Assembly (NCBI GenBank): GCA_902569465.1
Contig: CACFUE010000001.1
Location: 800 to 64,799, forward strand
Length of the DNA: 64,000 bases
Direction: 5' to 3'
Source: an uncultured Pelagibacteraceae bacterium
GTDB taxonomy: Bacteria; Pseudomonadota; Alphaproteobacteria; Pelagibacterales; Pelagibacteraceae
Position numbers and translations under genes: made by a program. How positions within the stretch are numbered: the first letter of the stretch is position 1; every line of letters begins with the position of its first letter. Below, in pieces: positions 1 through 10,432 of the stretch. The notes under the pieces were generated by a model that saw only the letters and a list, made by a program, of their open reading frames with translations, was not told the origin of the DNA and ran no database searches.

Positions 1-306
1 TGGGAAACAACAGGCGCAAGATCAGTTAAGAACGCCATTACAATAAAAGGACAGACAAACTTTAAAGGTACAGCAAAAGATATATTAATTACAAGTCAAT
101 TGAGAACAGCTTTAATTTTTAATAAAAAAACTAAAGCAAGAAATTACACTTTAGAAACAATAAACAAAAATGTTTATATATTTGGTATCGCGATGGACAA
201 AGATGAAAAACAAGAGGTTATAAATGAAGCAAATAAAATATACGATGTAAAAAAAGTTATTCCCTCAATATATCTCGCAACAGAACTTAGTAGGAGCAAA
301 CTCTAA
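1..306 (+). CDS. BON-domain (DolP/YraP-like) protein, 5' end outside the window
   Basis: Frame is open from base 1 (WETTGARSVKNAI...KDILITSQLRTALIF...NYTLETINKNVYIFGIA), a tandem BON-domain pattern; the ORF-track start at 100 is internal. Confidence 0.75.
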   Translation, partial: WETTGARSVKNAITIKGQTNFKGTAKDILITSQLRTALIFNKKTKARNYTLETINKNVYIFGIAMDKDEKQEVINEANKIYDVKKVIPSIYLATELSRSKL

Positions 307-2585
307 CTAGAATAATCAATTACATCTGATGAATATGCAGCAATAGATGCTAAATTTAAAATTTCAGAGGTTGTAGCTCTAAGAGGCGCAACTTCAATAG
401 GTGACCCTAAACCTATTAACAGAGGTCCGATTAATTTTCCACCCCCGAATACTTTCATTAATTTTGTCGATATAGCAGCACTATGAAGCGCTGGCATAAT
501 TAAAATATTGGCACTCCCTACAATTTTAGAAAATGGATAAATTTCCTTATATACTGGATTAAGAGCAACATCAGGCTGCATTTCCCCATCAAAATCAAAA
601 TCAACTTTTTCTTTTTTTAAAAGTTCTATTGCATCTCTTACGTGCTTCGTATTTTTTGATATGGGTTTACCAAAAGTAGAGTGAGATAAAAAAGCAACTT
701 TGGGGTCAAAACCAAAAAGTCGGGCAACACGTACGCACGATTTTGAAACTTTCACTAGTCGCTCTGGGGATGGAAAATCTTGAACGTTTGTATCCGCAAC
801 TAATATTGTTTTACCCTTCAAAGTAATCATTGTCATTCCAAAAATTTCCTCGCCAGGTCTTGGGTCTGTTACTTTTTTTAATTTTTCAATCGATGCAGCA
901 TAGTGTCTAATATTACCTGTTACCATTGCATCTGCATCCTTACAGGCAATCATTGATGCTCCCCAAGCAATTCGATCATTTCTTACTAATCGATCAACAT
1001 CTCTTTCCAATTGACCTTCTCTTTGCAATCTTTTGTAGAGATGCTTAGCATATCTTTCTCTTTTTTCTTTATTTGTTGAGTTTACTATTTGAATCTTATA
1101 ATTTTCGTCTAATCCAATATTAATCAATTGTTCCTTTATTCTTTTCTCTGCACCAATTAATATTGGTGTACCAAGTTTGTTTCTACCGAATTCAATAGCA
1201 GCCTTCAACATATTCTCATCTTCACCTTCTGCAAATATTACTCTTTTTGGATTTTTTCTTACTTTCGCATTAATTCCTTGCATAAGAGACATTGTTGGAT
1301 CGAGTCGATTAGTTAACTGATCTTTATAAACCTCGATATCATTAATATTTTTCCTTGCAACACCACTGTCCATTGCAGCCCTAGCTACTGCAGCCGGTAT
1401 AACACTTATTAATCTTGGGTCAAAAGTAGAGGGAATGATGTAATCTTTTCCATATCTAGGTCTATCTCCTCCATAAGCAGAAACAACTTCATCCGGAACA
1501 TTTTCCCGAGCCAAAAGAGCTATTGCTTGAGCTGCTGCAACTTTCATATTCTCATTAATTTCTTTCGCTCGCACATCTAACGCACCCCTGAAAATATATG
1601 GAAATCCAATCAAATTATTTACTTGATTTGGATAATCAGATCTACCTGTAGCAATTATTGCATCGGATCTTACTTCTTGAATTAATTCGGGTTTTATTTC
1701 TGGATCAGGGTTCGCGCATGCAAAAATTATTGGATTTTTTGCCATTTTTTTTACCATTTCTTTTGAAACCACATCTTTTGCTGATAAGCCTAAGAAAACA
1801 TCAGCCCCATCAATTGCTTCAGATAAAGTTCTTAGTTTTGTTTTTATAGCGAAGGCTGATTTAAATTGATCTACGTTTTCACGGCCTTCATAAATTACCC
1901 CTTTACTGTCACACATAATAATATTATCGCTTTTTACCCCTGAGCTTTTAAAAAGATTAGCGCAAGCTTGGGCTGAGGCTCCGGCTCCATTAATAACTAC
2001 TTTTACTTTATCGACTTTCTTTTTTGAGATGTCTAATGCATTTATTAAGGCAGCGGTAGTAATTATTGCCGTACCGTGTTGATCATCATGAAAAATCGGA
2101 ATGTCCAGGAGTTCTTTTAATTTTTGTTCAATAATAAAACAATCTGGAGCGGCTATATCTTCTAGATTTATTCCTCCAAATGTACCACCAATATTTTTTA
2201 TTGTTTCAATTATAGCTTTAGGATCATTATTATTTATTTCTATATCAATAGAATCGATATCAGCGAATCTTTTAAATAAAACAGACTTTCCTTCCATAAC
2301 TGGTTTAGATGCCAAGGCACCTAAATTTCCTAATCCTAAAATCGCTGATCCATTACTTATTACTGCTACTAAATTTCCCTTACTTGTATAGTCATAAGCT
2401 AGGTCTGGATTTTTAGCTATTTCTTTAACAGGAGCTGCTACTCCTGGAGAATATGCTAGAGAGAGGTCTCTTTTAGTGGTCAAAGGTTTACTCGAATTAA
2501 TCTCAATTTTGCCTGACTTTCCTTTTATATGAAAATCAAGTGCTTCTTTATCTGAATAATGATCAATTTCTGTTTTCTTTGGCAT
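303..2585 (-). CDS. maeB: NADP-dependent malic enzyme with C-terminal PTA-like domain
   Basis: LSLAYSPGVA, INLEDI, FHDDQHGTA, GAGAS; C-terminal FAEGE and DGEMQPD PTA-like domain; 760 aa. Confidence 0.97.
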   Translation of the reverse strand: MPKKTEIDHYSDKEALDFHIKGKSGKIEINSSKPLTTKRDLSLAYSPGVAAPVKEIAKNPDLAYDYTSKGNLVAVISNGSAILGLGNLGALASKPVMEGKSVLFKRFADIDSIDIEINNNDPKAIIETIKNIGGTFGGINLEDIAAPDCFIIEQKLKELLDIPIFHDDQHGTAIITTAALINALDISKKKVDKVKVVINGAGASAQACANLFKSSGVKSDNIIMCDSKGVIYEGRENVDQFKSAFAIKTKLRTLSEAIDGADVFLGLSAKDVVSKEMVKKMAKNPIIFACANPDPEIKPELIQEVRSDAIIATGRSDYPNQVNNLIGFPYIFRGALDVRAKEINENMKVAAAQAIALLARENVPDEVVSAYGGDRPRYGKDYIIPSTFDPRLISVIPAAVARAAMDSGVARKNINDIEVYKDQLTNRLDPTMSLMQGINAKVRKNPKRVIFAEGEDENMLKAAIEFGRNKLGTPILIGAEKRIKEQLINIGLDENYKIQIVNSTNKEKRERYAKHLYKRLQREGQLERDVDRLVRNDRIAWGASMIACKDADAMVTGNIRHYAASIEKLKKVTDPRPGEEIFGMTMITLKGKTILVADTNVQDFPSPERLVKVSKSCVRVARLFGFDPKVAFLSHSTFGKPISKNTKHVRDAIELLKKEKVDFDFDGEMQPDVALNPVYKEIYPFSKIVGSANILIMPALHSAAISTKLMKVFGGGKLIGPLLIGLGSPIEVAPLRATTSEILNLASIAAYSSDVIDYSS

Positions 2586-2655
2586 TTATTTTTATGAGTA
2601 TGTAATATAAAGAAATTTAATTCACTATAAATTTATGGCCTAATTTAGATTATAT

Positions 2656-4182
2656 ATGAACTTACTCTCCTCAACTTCAATATTTAGTTTTTTTACGCTA
2701 ATTAGTAGAATTTTGGGATATCTTCGAGATATTTTAATAGCTATTTTTTTAGGAGCATCAATATTTGCTGATGCTTTTTTTGTCGCTTTTAGACTTCCTA
2801 ATACTTTTAGACGGCTTTTTGCTGAAGGTACCTTTAATGCAGCTTTCATACCTAGCTATACTGCTGAAAAGTTAAAAAATAAAGTTAAAGGAAAAATATT
2901 TGCTGACGATGTGCTGAGTGCTCTGTTGCTGATTTTACTTTTTATAGTAACTCTTGCTGAAATATTTACACCTTATTTAGTTTATTTAATTGCGCCTGGA
3001 TTTATTGCTGATGAAGTAAAGTTTAATCTTGCTGTTGAATTTACAAGAATTACATTTCCGTTTTTATTATTTGTTAGTTTATCATCTTTTTTTTCAGGAA
3101 TTTTAAATTCGAATAATAAATTTGGTATAGCTGCCGCCACACCAATAATTTTAAATATTGTATTGATAATTAGTATTTTAATATCTTATTTCCAAAATTT
3201 AAATATCGCAAAACAACTTTCTTATGGTGTTACATTAGCTGGTGTAATACAATTAATATTTTTGATCTATTTTACATTAGGTTTTTACAAGCCAAATATC
3301 AAATTCAAATTGAAAATTACAAGTAAAGTTAAATTTTTTTTTAAAAAATTGTTGCCAAGTATTTTTTCATCTGGTGTAACACAAATAAATATTTTGGTTG
3401 GAACAATAATTGCCTCTTTTCAGTCAGGAGCGGTTTCATATTTGTATTATGCAGACAGAGTTTATCAAATTAATTTAGCTATTGCTGGAATAGCTGTAGG
3501 AACAGTTTCCTTACCTGTTCTTTCTAAGGCTTTAAAATTAAGAAATTTTTCAAAAGTTTCAAATATACAAAATAGATCTTTAGAATTATCTTTATTACTA
3601 TCAATGCCTGCTAGTGTGGGTTTAATAATTGCGTCAAAAGAAATAGTCAGTGGATTATTTGGATATGGTTCCTTTACAGCTGAAGATGTAAAGATGACCT
3701 CTGGTGCATTAAAGTTTTTTGGTTTTGGTGTTATTGCATTTGCTTTGATTAAAATCTTATCTAATTTTTACTTTGCAAGAGATAATACAAAAACACCATT
3801 TTATATTTCTTCATTTATCGTATTTTTGAATATAGTTATTAGTGTAAGTTTTTTTAATCAAATAGGATTTTTAATCATTCCAATTTCTACCTCAATCTCT
3901 ACTTGGATTGGCGTTTTGATCTTTTTATTCTTTTTAAAGAAAAGGAATTATTTACTTTTACAAAACAAATTACTTTATAATATTCTTAAAATTGTTATCT
4001 CTACTGCCATTATGGCCTCAATATTAATATTTTTCTTAGATAGATACACTGTTCGTCTAGATTATGCATACACCTATAAGTCGATTTATTTATTAATTAT
4101 TGTAGGTTTCGTTGGGATTGTTTATTTGTTATCCTGTTATTTATTTGGATTATTGAAAATTAAAAATTATAAAACAATTTAA
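2656..4182 (+). CDS. murJ: Lipid II flippase MurJ
   Basis: SRILGYLRD, ADAFFVAFRLPNTFRRLFAEG, YLYYADR; many TM segments. Confidence 0.97.
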   Translation: MNLLSSTSIFSFFTLISRILGYLRDILIAIFLGASIFADAFFVAFRLPNTFRRLFAEGTFNAAFIPSYTAEKLKNKVKGKIFADDVLSALLLILLFIVTLAEIFTPYLVYLIAPGFIADEVKFNLAVEFTRITFPFLLFVSLSSFFSGILNSNNKFGIAAATPIILNIVLIISILISYFQNLNIAKQLSYGVTLAGVIQLIFLIYFTLGFYKPNIKFKLKITSKVKFFFKKLLPSIFSSGVTQINILVGTIIASFQSGAVSYLYYADRVYQINLAIAGIAVGTVSLPVLSKALKLRNFSKVSNIQNRSLELSLLLSMPASVGLIIASKEIVSGLFGYGSFTAEDVKMTSGALKFFGFGVIAFALIKILSNFYFARDNTKTPFYISSFIVFLNIVISVSFFNQIGFLIIPISTSISTWIGVLIFLFFLKKRNYLLLQNKLLYNILKIVISTAIMASILIFFLDRYTVRLDYAYTYKSIYLLIIVGFVGIVYLLSCYLFGLLKIKNYKTI

Positions 4183-5187
4183 ATGACAAAAAAAAAATTA
4201 GTTTTTTCTGGAGTTCAACCAACTGGAAATTTACATTTAGGCAACTATCTTGGAGCTCTAAAAAACTTTGTCTCGTTACAAAAAGAAATGAACTGCATAT
4301 ACTGTGTAGTAGATTTACATGCTATAACTACCTTTCAAAATCCTACTGAACTTCAGAAAAATGTTTTAGAAACAGTTGCAAGTTTTATAGCAACAGGTCT
4401 AAATCCAGACAAAAGTATTTTATTTAACCAATCCTCAGTTTCAGGCCACGCAGAATTAGCCTGGATTTTAAATTGTGTATCTAGAATTGGCTGGTTAAAT
4501 CGAATGACTCAATTTAAAGATAAAGCTGGTTCAGATAAAGAGAAAGCTAGCGTAGGATTATATATTTATCCTAATTTAATGGCGGCAGATATACTTCTTT
4601 ATAAAGCGACACATGTTCCAGTTGGTGCAGATCAAAAACAACATCTTGAACTATCGAGAGATATTGCACAGAAATTTAATAATGATTTTAATTGTAAAGA
4701 TTTTTTTCCATTACCAGATCCATTAATACCAAAAAATGTTTCAAGAGTAATGAGTTTAAGGGACGGAACAAAAAAAATGAGCAAGTCAGAGGAGTCTGAT
4801 TATTCGAGAATAAACTTAAGAGACAGTTCCGATGAAATTAGTAAAAAAATTAAAAAAGCTAAAACAAATTCAGAGCAAATACCTGTGAGTTTAAATGAGT
4901 TAGAAAAAAGACCCGAAGCTTTAAATCTAATAAATATTTATACAGAAATATCAAAAACTAAAATTGAAAAGGTATTAAATGAAATGTCTGGAAAAGAATA
5001 TTCCTTTTTAAAAATGAAATTAACAGAATTATTAATTAGCGAGATAACACCTGTCGGTAAAGAAATAGAAAAACTTTTGAAAGATAAGTCACATTTAGAG
5101 CAAATTTTAAAAAAAGGTAAGGAAAAAGCCAATATAATCGCTGAGGAAAACCTTAAAAATATACGTGAAAAAGTAGGATTGATATAA
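4183..5187 (+). CDS. trpS: Tryptophan--tRNA ligase
   Basis: SGVQPTG, HLGN (HIGH motif), GADQKQH, KMSKS. Confidence 0.98.
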   Translation: MTKKKLVFSGVQPTGNLHLGNYLGALKNFVSLQKEMNCIYCVVDLHAITTFQNPTELQKNVLETVASFIATGLNPDKSILFNQSSVSGHAELAWILNCVSRIGWLNRMTQFKDKAGSDKEKASVGLYIYPNLMAADILLYKATHVPVGADQKQHLELSRDIAQKFNNDFNCKDFFPLPDPLIPKNVSRVMSLRDGTKKMSKSEESDYSRINLRDSSDEISKKIKKAKTNSEQIPVSLNELEKRPEALNLINIYTEISKTKIEKVLNEMSGKEYSFLKMKLTELLISEITPVGKEIEKLLKDKSHLEQILKKGKEKANIIAEENLKNIREKVGLI

Positions 5188-5199
5188 TATAAATTTTGC

Positions 5200-5748
5200 A
5201 TGATACAAACTGAAACTACTCCAAATCCAAATTCATTAAAATTTCTTTCAGAGAAAACAATCTCAGCTATCGGCACTGAGGAATTTCAAAAAAATAAATC
5301 AAATGAATTGCAAAACACTTTTATCAAAGAGCTTTTAGATTTTAAAGGGGTGGAACTGGTGCTTTTGTCAAAAAATTTTTTATCAGTAAAAAAAACAGAT
5401 GAAGTTTCATGGAATGATCTTAAACCTATGGTAATTTCTCACTTAAATCATTATTTTGAAAATAATAAAGAACCAATTTTAAAAGAAAATAAAAAAACAC
5501 AATCAGTACCAAGCAACAATGACGAAACTGTAAAAAAAATAATCGATGTTTTAGATACTAAAATCAGACCAGCTGTTGCTAGGGATGGTGGTGACATTAA
5601 ATTTAAATCTTTTGAAAATGGTGTTGTTAAGGTAGAATTACAAGGTAGTTGTTCTGGATGTCCAAGTTCGTTGATGACTCTTAAGCAAGGTGTTCAAAAT
5701 CTTTTAAAACATTATGTTAAGGAAGTTAATTCAGTAGAGGCAAATTAG
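5200..5748 (+). CDS. NifU/Nfu-family Fe-S carrier protein
   Basis: N-terminal TPNPNSLKF domain; IRPAVARDGGDI and CSGC NifU-C motif. Confidence 0.92.
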   Translation: MIQTETTPNPNSLKFLSEKTISAIGTEEFQKNKSNELQNTFIKELLDFKGVELVLLSKNFLSVKKTDEVSWNDLKPMVISHLNHYFENNKEPILKENKKTQSVPSNNDETVKKIIDVLDTKIRPAVARDGGDIKFKSFENGVVKVELQGSCSGCPSSLMTLKQGVQNLLKHYVKEVNSVEAN

Positions 5749-5751
5749 TCT

Positions 5752-7260
5752 ATGAAAAAAAAATTAAGTTATAGAGATAAGTTATTAGAATTAGCTTATA
5801 TTTATAATGTTAGAGAAATTCAAGAATATACTAAAAGAAGAAAAAATCTTACAACAGGACAAATTGAATTAATTTTAAAAAAAAACAAAATTATAATTCC
5901 TAAAGATTTTAAAACAAGTTTTTTCAAAGAAAATTTTATAAAACCAATATCAAAGCTAAGATCGAATATAGTAGATTATAAAGAAGAAAAAATTAAAGAT
6001 AAAAACAGATTTTTCAGAAGAGTAGAAAACTATAAATATGATACATCAAGGAAAGTGAACCATGGAATAAGCAGTCTATGGAAAGGATTAGGTAATGCAG
6101 GAATTAATTTTTTAAACGTGCTTCCAACATTAGGAAGCACAGTTGGAAAATTTTTTGGAAATCTTTTTACCGATGTTTTCAACTCCATTTATAACCAACA
6201 GATTGATCAGAAAAGTGCAAAAAATGTAATTCTAGGTTTTTTTGTAGTCATCGGTATCACTACTGCTTTGATTGCAGGATTTAACACCTATAAAAATTAT
6301 GATTTTTCAAAAAATAAAGTGGAAACAAAAAAGCCTGAAGTAAAAGTAAAGAAAGAAGCAAAAAAACCTGAGGTAAAAGTAAAAAAAGAAACAAAAAAAC
6401 CTGAGGTAAAAGAAAAAAAAGAAACAAAAAAACCAGAACTTAAAGTAAAAGAAAAAAACGTTGCTGAAGTAATATTACCAGATTTAAATCTCAAAACAGA
6501 AACAGTAATACAGCTTTTCAAAGATGTTGATTACGATTTAAGAAAAGTAAGAAATGAAAAATTAGTAAAGCCTATATACTTTACACAATTTCCTAGAGAT
6601 TTGGATAATCTACAGAGTGTGAAACTAAAAAAAGAAACTTTTATAAAAATTGTACTACCTTTAATCGTAGCAGAAAATGAAAAAATATTAGACGACAGGC
6701 AAAAATTAAAAATTTTGGATAAAAAAAAGTATACTTCTGATTTGGAGAAGCAATGGTTGAGGCAAAAACTTTTAGAATATAAAGTAAAAAAAGGGAATAT
6801 AAATGAATTGATGACAAGAATGGACATGATCCCAGTTTCTATAGCATTAGCTCAGGCTGCAAAAGAAAGCGGTTGGGGGACTTCTAGATTTGCTTTAGAG
6901 GGGAATGCTATTTTTGGTCAGTGGACCTGGGATGGGCAAGGAATAGCTCCATTAAAAAGAGATAGCAATAAAAACCACAAAATTTTAAAATTTCCTATAT
7001 TGAGAGCCTCTGTTAAGGCATATAAAAATAATCTAAACACCCATAAGAGTTATGCAAAATTTAGAGAAAAAAGAAAATCGCTAAGGGATAAAAATAAAAA
7101 AATTACAGGATTATCTCTGACTGATACTTTAAAAAATTACGCTCAAACTGGCTCGGAATATACGAAGATTTTAAATCAAATAATTACTCAAAATAGATTG
7201 TCTGACTTTGAACCAGTTAGATTAGTAAATTCTGTGAAGCAAGTAGAGTTAAATTCTTAA
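5752..7260 (+). CDS. Membrane-anchored Bax-like/GH73 glucosaminidase-domain protein with Lys-rich repeat linker
   Basis: C-terminal AQAAKESGWGTSRFALEGNAIFG and NLNTH motifs; single TM near aa 160-177. Confidence 0.85.
   Translation: MKKKLSYRDKLLELAYIYNVREIQEYTKRRKNLTTGQIELILKKNKIIIPKDFKTSFFKENFIKPISKLRSNIVDYKEEKIKDKNRFFRRVENYKYDTSRKVNHGISSLWKGLGNAGINFLNVLPTLGSTVGKFFGNLFTDVFNSIYNQQIDQKSAKNVILGFFVVIGITTALIAGFNTYKNYDFSKNKVETKKPEVKVKKEAKKPEVKVKKETKKPEVKEKKETKKPELKVKEKNVAEVILPDLNLKTETVIQLFKDVDYDLRKVRNEKLVKPIYFTQFPRDLDNLQSVKLKKETFIKIVLPLIVAENEKILDDRQKLKILDKKKYTSDLEKQWLRQKLLEYKVKKGNINELMTRMDMIPVSIALAQAAKESGWGTSRFALEGNAIFGQWTWDGQGIAPLKRDSNKNHKILKFPILRASVKAYKNNLNTHKSYAKFREKRKSLRDKNKKITGLSLTDTLKNYAQTGSEYTKILNQIITQNRLSDFEPVRLVNSVKQVELNS
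6322..6453 (+). repeat. Four imperfect 33-bp in-frame tandem repeats
   Basis: Encodes ETKKPEVKVKK / EAKKPEVKVKK / ETKKPEVKEKK / ETKKPELKVKE. Confidence 0.9.
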
Positions 7261-7261
7261 C

Positions 7262-8317
7262 TTACCTATCACTAACCACATATTGAATGCCTAACCATCT
7301 CCAATAGCCATCTTTCTCTTTAAGAGAGCAATTTATTCTTCCTCTCTCTCCTACAAATTTTTCTTCAATATTTATTTCTAGTATTTCGTCTTTAGTAAAA
7401 GAAATTTTAGAATTTCTCCATTTATTTCCTTCATTAGAGAAACATGCAATTTGACTCAAATTTTTAATATCATTAAAAAATTCAATTTTCACTTTAGGGG
7501 GATTGTTAACCTGAAGCAAATATCTATTATTTGGGCTAATATTTTTATATTTTAAAGGTAAAGTTTTCATTAATGTTTTAAATCTTTTTATTTCTCCGTA
7601 TTTTTCATTTATTGGAAATCTTGGAAGACCAAACAAATCTTTTGTTTCATCTATTACGCCTGAGTGTTGTCCAAATGCATATTTGAAGCCAAGATCTTTG
7701 ATAATTTTTTGAAACTCAAGACTATACTCACCAAATGGATAAGAAAAAAATTTTGAGTTTTGACCAAGTTTTTGTTCAAAGATCTTTATTGATTTAATAA
7801 TATCATTTTTAATTATTTCATTGCTTTCATCTACTAGATATTCGTGAGAGTGACTGTGGTTACCAATTTCAACATTTTCTGAATTATGAAGTTCTAGAAT
7901 TTGACTCCAATCCATATAATTAAAAGATCCTACTTCTCTTGTATTAACGAAAAGGATAAATGGAATATTTTTTTCTTTTAAAATTGGCCAAGCATTTTTG
8001 TAAAATGATAACAACCCATCATCAATTGTAAGTAAAATTTTTCTATTCTTCTTATTTTCAGAAAGACTTTTATTAAAATTTTTTGGATGTACAAACTCAA
8101 TCCCCTCATTTTCAATGATTTTTAATTGCTCTTTAAAAATATCTAATTGAATGTTTGTTGATGGGTATTTGCTTTCATTAAATCTATGGTACATTATTGA
8201 AATTAAGCCAAAATCTTCAAAGCTAATATTATTTTCAGCGAGTAGCTTTTTTTGGTTTAATTCAAGATTTATGATTAATAGTAAAACGATTGATAATTTT
8301 TTAATAATTAATTGCAT
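7262..8317 (-). CDS. Exported polysaccharide deacetylase (CE4/NodB family)
   Basis: MYHRF, LLTIDDG, NHSHSH, YPFG, LPRFP motifs; hydrophobic N-terminus; ATG at 8317 preferred over TTG at 8326. Confidence 0.88.
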   Translation of the reverse strand: MQLIIKKLSIVLLLIINLELNQKKLLAENNISFEDFGLISIMYHRFNESKYPSTNIQLDIFKEQLKIIENEGIEFVHPKNFNKSLSENKKNRKILLTIDDGLLSFYKNAWPILKEKNIPFILFVNTREVGSFNYMDWSQILELHNSENVEIGNHSHSHEYLVDESNEIIKNDIIKSIKIFEQKLGQNSKFFSYPFGEYSLEFQKIIKDLGFKYAFGQHSGVIDETKDLFGLPRFPINEKYGEIKRFKTLMKTLPLKYKNISPNNRYLLQVNNPPKVKIEFFNDIKNLSQIACFSNEGNKWRNSKISFTKDEILEINIEEKFVGERGRINCSLKEKDGYWRWLGIQYVVSDR

Positions 8318-8666
8318 TGGAAACAATGATAAATTAGGTCTTAAGATAAATAAAGAATTTTTTATACATAATTTAAATCTTAAAAAAAATAAAGAAAGTC
8401 TTGTGTATGAAATATCGAATTTTCTTATAGCTCATAAAGTTAAACTCGATGAACATTTTAGTGTAATAATTAACCAAGGGCCTGGCAGTTTTTCAGGTTT
8501 AAGGATTTCATTAGCAGTTGCAAAAGGACTTAAAATTTCTAAAAATGTCAGACTTTATGGATTTAAAAATGATGATTTACCCATATTTAACCAAGAAAAT
8601 ATAGAAAAAATGATAATGAAAAATTTAAATGAAAAAAAATTGATTAAGCCCATTTATTTAAGTTAA
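8271..8666 (+). CDS. tsaB: Shortened t6A biosynthesis protein TsaB (131 aa)
   Basis: GPGSFSGLRISLAVAKGL signature and terminal PIY; lies upstream of fur-miaB as in other alphaproteobacteria; ATG at 8271 chosen. Confidence 0.8.
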   Translation: MINSKTIDNFLIINCIGNNDKLGLKINKEFFIHNLNLKKNKESLVYEISNFLIAHKVKLDEHFSVIINQGPGSFSGLRISLAVAKGLKISKNVRLYGFKNDDLPIFNQENIEKMIMKNLNEKKLIKPIYLS

Positions 8667-8674
8667 ATTAAGTT

Positions 8675-9094
8675 ATGAGCATTATTGAAGAAAAATGTAA
8701 ACAGAAAGGAGTAAGGCTTACTGATCAACGTAAAGTAATTGCCAAAATACTCTCTGAGTCAAAAGAAGTATATGGATCAAAAGATCATCCTGATGTAGAT
8801 GAACTTCATAAAAGAGTTACAGCTTTAGATGATAAGATTAGTATAGCAACTGTATACAGAACCGTTAAACTTTTTGAGGAAGCCGGGATTTTAATTAAAC
8901 ATGACTTTAAAGCAGGCAAAGCTCGTTATGAAATCAATGATGATCATAATCATTTAATAGACATCAACAGCGGAGAAATAGTTGAATTTGTAGACAAAGA
9001 TATCGAGGAACTTCAAAAAAAAATAGCAAAGAAACTTGGGTATAATTTAGTTGATCATAAACTAGAACTTTATGGTTCAAAAATAAAAAAGTAA
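8675..9094 (+). CDS. fur: Fur/Mur-family metalloregulator
   Basis: RLTDQR, DHPDVDEL, SIATVYRTVKLFEEAG, HNHLID. Confidence 0.92.
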   Translation: MSIIEEKCKQKGVRLTDQRKVIAKILSESKEVYGSKDHPDVDELHKRVTALDDKISIATVYRTVKLFEEAGILIKHDFKAGKARYEINDDHNHLIDINSGEIVEFVDKDIEELQKKIAKKLGYNLVDHKLELYGSKIKK

Positions 9095-9095
9095 T

Positions 9096-10430
9096 TTGGA
9101 AAAAAAAATTTTTATAAAAACTTTTGGCTGTCAAATGAATGAGTACGATAGCAATCGTATTTTTGATCTAACAAAAAAGATTGATTACATTAAAACAAAA
9201 AATGTAGAAGAAGCTGATTGTTATATTTTAAACACTTGTCATATTAGAGAAAAGGCAACAGAAAAAGTCTATCATGACATAGGTAGAATAAAAAAAAGAT
9301 TTAGGAATAAAAAAAAGCCTATTGTAATTATAGCAGGATGCGTTGCTCAAGCAGAGGGGGATATCTTATTGCAAAGAGAAAAATATATTGACGCGGTGAT
9401 TGGTCCACAATCATACCACCTATTGAATAATGCAATAAAAAAAATTGAAAAGAAATTAAGAAATTTAAATCTTACAGAATTCGAAACACAAGAAAAATTT
9501 GATAATTTAAATTTATTAAAAAACTCTGAAAGCAATGTTTCCTCTTTTTTAACAATACAAGAAGGTTGTAATAAATTTTGCAAGTTTTGCGTAGTTCCAT
9601 ATACAAGAGGTGCAGAGTATTCTCGTTCTGTTGATGAAATTGTAAAAGAGTGTTATCATTTGATCAACAACGGAGCTAAGGAAATTACTTTACTAGGTCA
9701 AAACGTAAATGCTTACAATCATGATGGAAAAAAGCTATCAGATTTAATTAAAGAAATTTCAAAATTTAATGATTTAAAGAGAATTAGATATACAACTTCG
9801 CACCCAATAGATTTTTCAGATGATTTAATTAATATTTATCAAGAGACCGATAAGTTGATGCCACTAATACATTTACCTGTTCAAAGCGGTTCAAATAAAA
9901 TTTTAAGGCTAATGAACAGAAAACATACAGTAGAATATTATATAAATTTAATTAATAGGTTAATAAAAATTAATTCAAAAATTAAATTTTCAAGTGATTT
10001 TATAATTGGTTATCCAGGTGAAAACGATAAAGATTTTGAAGATACTTTAAATCTTTTAAAAGAGATAAAATTTATAAATTCTTTTTCGTTTATTTTTAGT
10101 CCAAGGCCAGGAACACCAGCAGCTGAAATCGATCAATTGGATAAAAATATTGCTAAAGAGAGGCTTAGTATATTTCAAAAAACAGCAGAGGATATAAAAA
10201 TGAAATTTAGAAAAAACCTTTACAATAAAAAATCAACTGTATTATTTGAGAATAGAATGGTTGGAAAGAAAGAGTTTTTTGGTAGAGATGAATTACAAAA
10301 CTCAGTAATAGTAAAAACTAGTGAAGATTTAAAAGGAAAGATAAAAAATGTTGATATCACTGGTGGTAATCAAAATACATTATTTGGAAACATTGATTTT
10401 AAGAATAATCAAAAAAATGCAGCTGCTTAA
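9096..10430 (+). CDS. miaB: tRNA-i6A37 methylthiotransferase
   Basis: TFGCQMN, NTCHIRE, GCVAQ, CNKFCKFC radical-SAM motif; TTG start. Confidence 0.96.
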   Translation: MEKKIFIKTFGCQMNEYDSNRIFDLTKKIDYIKTKNVEEADCYILNTCHIREKATEKVYHDIGRIKKRFRNKKKPIVIIAGCVAQAEGDILLQREKYIDAVIGPQSYHLLNNAIKKIEKKLRNLNLTEFETQEKFDNLNLLKNSESNVSSFLTIQEGCNKFCKFCVVPYTRGAEYSRSVDEIVKECYHLINNGAKEITLLGQNVNAYNHDGKKLSDLIKEISKFNDLKRIRYTTSHPIDFSDDLINIYQETDKLMPLIHLPVQSGSNKILRLMNRKHTVEYYINLINRLIKINSKIKFSSDFIIGYPGENDKDFEDTLNLLKEIKFINSFSFIFSPRPGTPAAEIDQLDKNIAKERLSIFQKTAEDIKMKFRKNLYNKKSTVLFENRMVGKKEFFGRDELQNSVIVKTSEDLKGKIKNVDITGGNQNTLFGNIDFKNNQKNAAA

Positions 10431-10432
10431 AT

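Noticed and set aside
6322-6453. 33-bp repeats as a CRISPR array
   Set aside because: They are contiguous, in-frame and degenerate at the codon level, with no spacers or cas genes.
8151-8270. ORF-track N-terminal extensions of tsaB, and likewise ybeY, gyrB, regA and the decarboxylase
   Set aside because: They overlap neighbours or lack family similarity; downstream ATGs fit better.
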